Shown here: piece by piece, positions 62,140 through 64,000 of the stretch
Layout: each line of letters starts with the position of its first letter
Position numbering within the stretch: position 1 is the stretch's first letter
NCBI RefSeq assembly: GCF_004010195.1
Contig: NC_057719.1
Coordinates: 70,390,181-70,454,180, forward strand
Direction: 5' to 3'
Length of the DNA stretch: 64,000 bases
From: Chiloscyllium plagiosum
Lineage: Eukaryota
Position numbers and translations under genes: made by a program
Notes under the pieces: model-generated
The model's database searches: none
Told to the model about the DNA's origin: nothing
The model's input: only the letters and a program-made list of their open reading frames with translations

Positions 62140-63810
62140 TGGATGCAACAAAGCTGCATGGAAGGATGAACAGTGAGAATGATACAAAGTGCCTCAATAT
62201 GATTTGGACAAGTGGAATAAATGGGCAAAAACAGGGCAGATGAAATATAATGTGGATAAATATGAAGTTATCCACTTTGGTGGAAACATAGAGCAGATTA
62301 TTATCTGAATGGTGACAGATTGGGAAAGGGAAAAATGCAATGAGACCTGAGTGCATTCACGAGTTGCTGAAAGTAAACATATGGATCGAGCAAACCACAA
62401 ATGGAACATCAGTTTCACAGCGATATAATTCAAATATCAGAGAAGAATAGAATAGAATAGTCATCTATTGTCACTTGCATTTTTTACAAAAAAAATACAG
62501 TGAAAAATGTTTAAATTGCCATACCCTGGTGCCTATATTAATGACAGAAGGTATAGATAAGAAACAAAAAGACAAAGTCTATATTAGTTCAATTCATGGC
62601 TCTTGGGTTTGGGAAAAGACAGTATCACTGTAAGACTGACACACCATGCCATGGGAATACTGGGCTGGGAGTCTCTGCAGAAGATGTCCCAAGGAGCAAT
62701 CTTATTGAGAGAGCTGGCCACCCACACCAGCTGCTAAAATCTTGGGTCGCAAGGTTCCGCAGAATCCCAAATCTGCCCCAAGAATACACCTCGTTGCTGA
62801 TCTCACGCCAGGAGATGTCGCACAAAACTGCATGAAGGAATCCCAGGCTGCTGGATGTGGGTTTGAAACCACCTCATGGCCAAAGCTGCCGCTGACCTGC
62901 CCAATGGAACCACATGATGTAGTGGCGAAGACGCCAAAGCTGACAACCACCAGAGGCAGCCACAATGCCAATGAGGAACCACCATCAAAATGGCACAAGC
63001 CACCTGAAACACCCTTCTTCCACCTCATCGATGTCGTCTCCACTGGTGTAGCTGACTTCTCTGGGCTCAGTAACTATTTCCATATTCTGGACACCCATGA
63101 AGCTGCCTTCCTAACACTTTCCACCAAAAGACAAATGAAGAAAAGAAAAGGTGGATGAACTGGACGATCTCTGGGCACAGGGGTCCAGGCACTGCATATT
63201 TTGCTACTGCCATCTTACTGCAGTTGTAGAGTGCAATGGGTGAGATCACATCTGGAGTATTGTGTGCAGTTTTAGTTTCCTTATCTGAGGAATGTTGTTC
63301 TGGTTATGGAGAGAGAACAATGAAAGTTTAGCAGACTGATTCCTAGGATAGCTGGACTGATGTACAAAGAGAGAGTGGATCATTTTGAATTATATCACTG
63401 AAGTTTCGAAGAATGGCGTACGTTTCATAGGAATGCATAAAGTTCTGACAGGACTAGACAATGTCAATGCTGGAAGGATGTTCCTGATGACTGGGGAGCC
63501 CAGGACCAGAGATCATAGTCTAAGCAAAAAACAGTGAGCCATTTAGGACTGAGATGAGGAGAACTTTCTTTACCCAGAGATTGGGAAGACTGTGGAATTC
63601 TCTGCCACAGAAAGTAGTTGAGGCCAAAATATTAAATGTTTTTGAGAAGAATTTAGATATCACTCTGAGAACTAAATGGGTCAAAAGGAATGCAGAAGAA
63701 GCAGGAATGGGGTACTGAGCTGGATGATTAGCCATGATCATATTGAATGGTGGAGCAGGCTTGAAGGGCTGAATGGCCTACTTCAGCTCCTATTTTCTAT
63801 GTTTCTACGT
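62140..63810 (+). mobile_element. Old CR1 fragments (~62140-62370 and ~63240-63810) split by an unclassified minus-strand element with an (ATTCT)n tail (~62446-63190)
   Basis: WAKTGQMKYNVDKYEVIHFG; RSHLEYCVQF; RRTFFTQR..RLWNSLP. The tail at 62446-62510 resembles 57160-57220 on the + strand. Confidence 0.7.
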
Positions 63811-63854
63811 GCAATTGCCTTATACAGGAAAGAATCAGTTGCAGAGGTCGTATT

Positions 63855-64000
63855 GCCTTCCTGGTGCCAAGTTTCAGGACACCATTTCGTTTCTGGAGAA
63901 GACCATGGAGTGGAAGGAGAAAGATCAGTTGTCATGGTCCATGTAGGTACCAATGAGATAGGTAGAACTAGGAAAGAGGTTCTGCTGAAGGATTATGAAC
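63855..64000 (+). mobile_element. CR1 ORF1 SGNH-esterase-like fragment; runs off the window end
   Basis: CLPGAKFQDTISFLEK and (after a frameshift) VVMVHVGTNEIGRTRKEVLLKDYE, matching CR1 ORF1p CLPGA / HVGTND motifs. Confidence 0.8.

Noticed and set aside
62596..63158. 138-aa Pro/Thr-rich ORF
   Set aside because: Lies in an unclassified element with a retroposon-like tail that splits a CR1. No known motif.

Overview
Repeat-dense vertebrate DNA, almost certainly from a shark or ray (inferred from HE1-type V-SINEs and HER1/CR1 LINEs). I could not recognise any host protein-coding exon, so the window looks intronic or intergenic. Contents: (1) more than a dozen decayed CR1-clade LINE fragments; (2) about 17 Penelope-like element (PLE) insertions from at least 4-5 families, many being short fold-back (inverted) insertions with 10-17 bp target-site duplications (TSDs) and a minimal hammerhead-ribozyme motif (CUGANGA-helix II-GAAA-NN-UH) whose helices covary between families; (3) a near-complete but dead Gmr1-like Gypsy LTR retrotransposon (36818-~42700) with the unusual PR-IN-RT-RH order, a SCAN-like gag and a tRNA-Pro PBS, plus a related solo LTR; (4) tRNA-derived SINEs; (5) a 249-bp-arm near-perfect inverted duplication; (6) a single-TSD PLE/CR1 chimeric insertion whose junction lies 2 nt from the predicted ribozyme cleavage site; (7) candidate enhancer motifs (a perfect DR5 and a TGACAGCTGTCA palindrome) in unique DNA. 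All calls were made by eye, and boundaries of old fragments are approximate.
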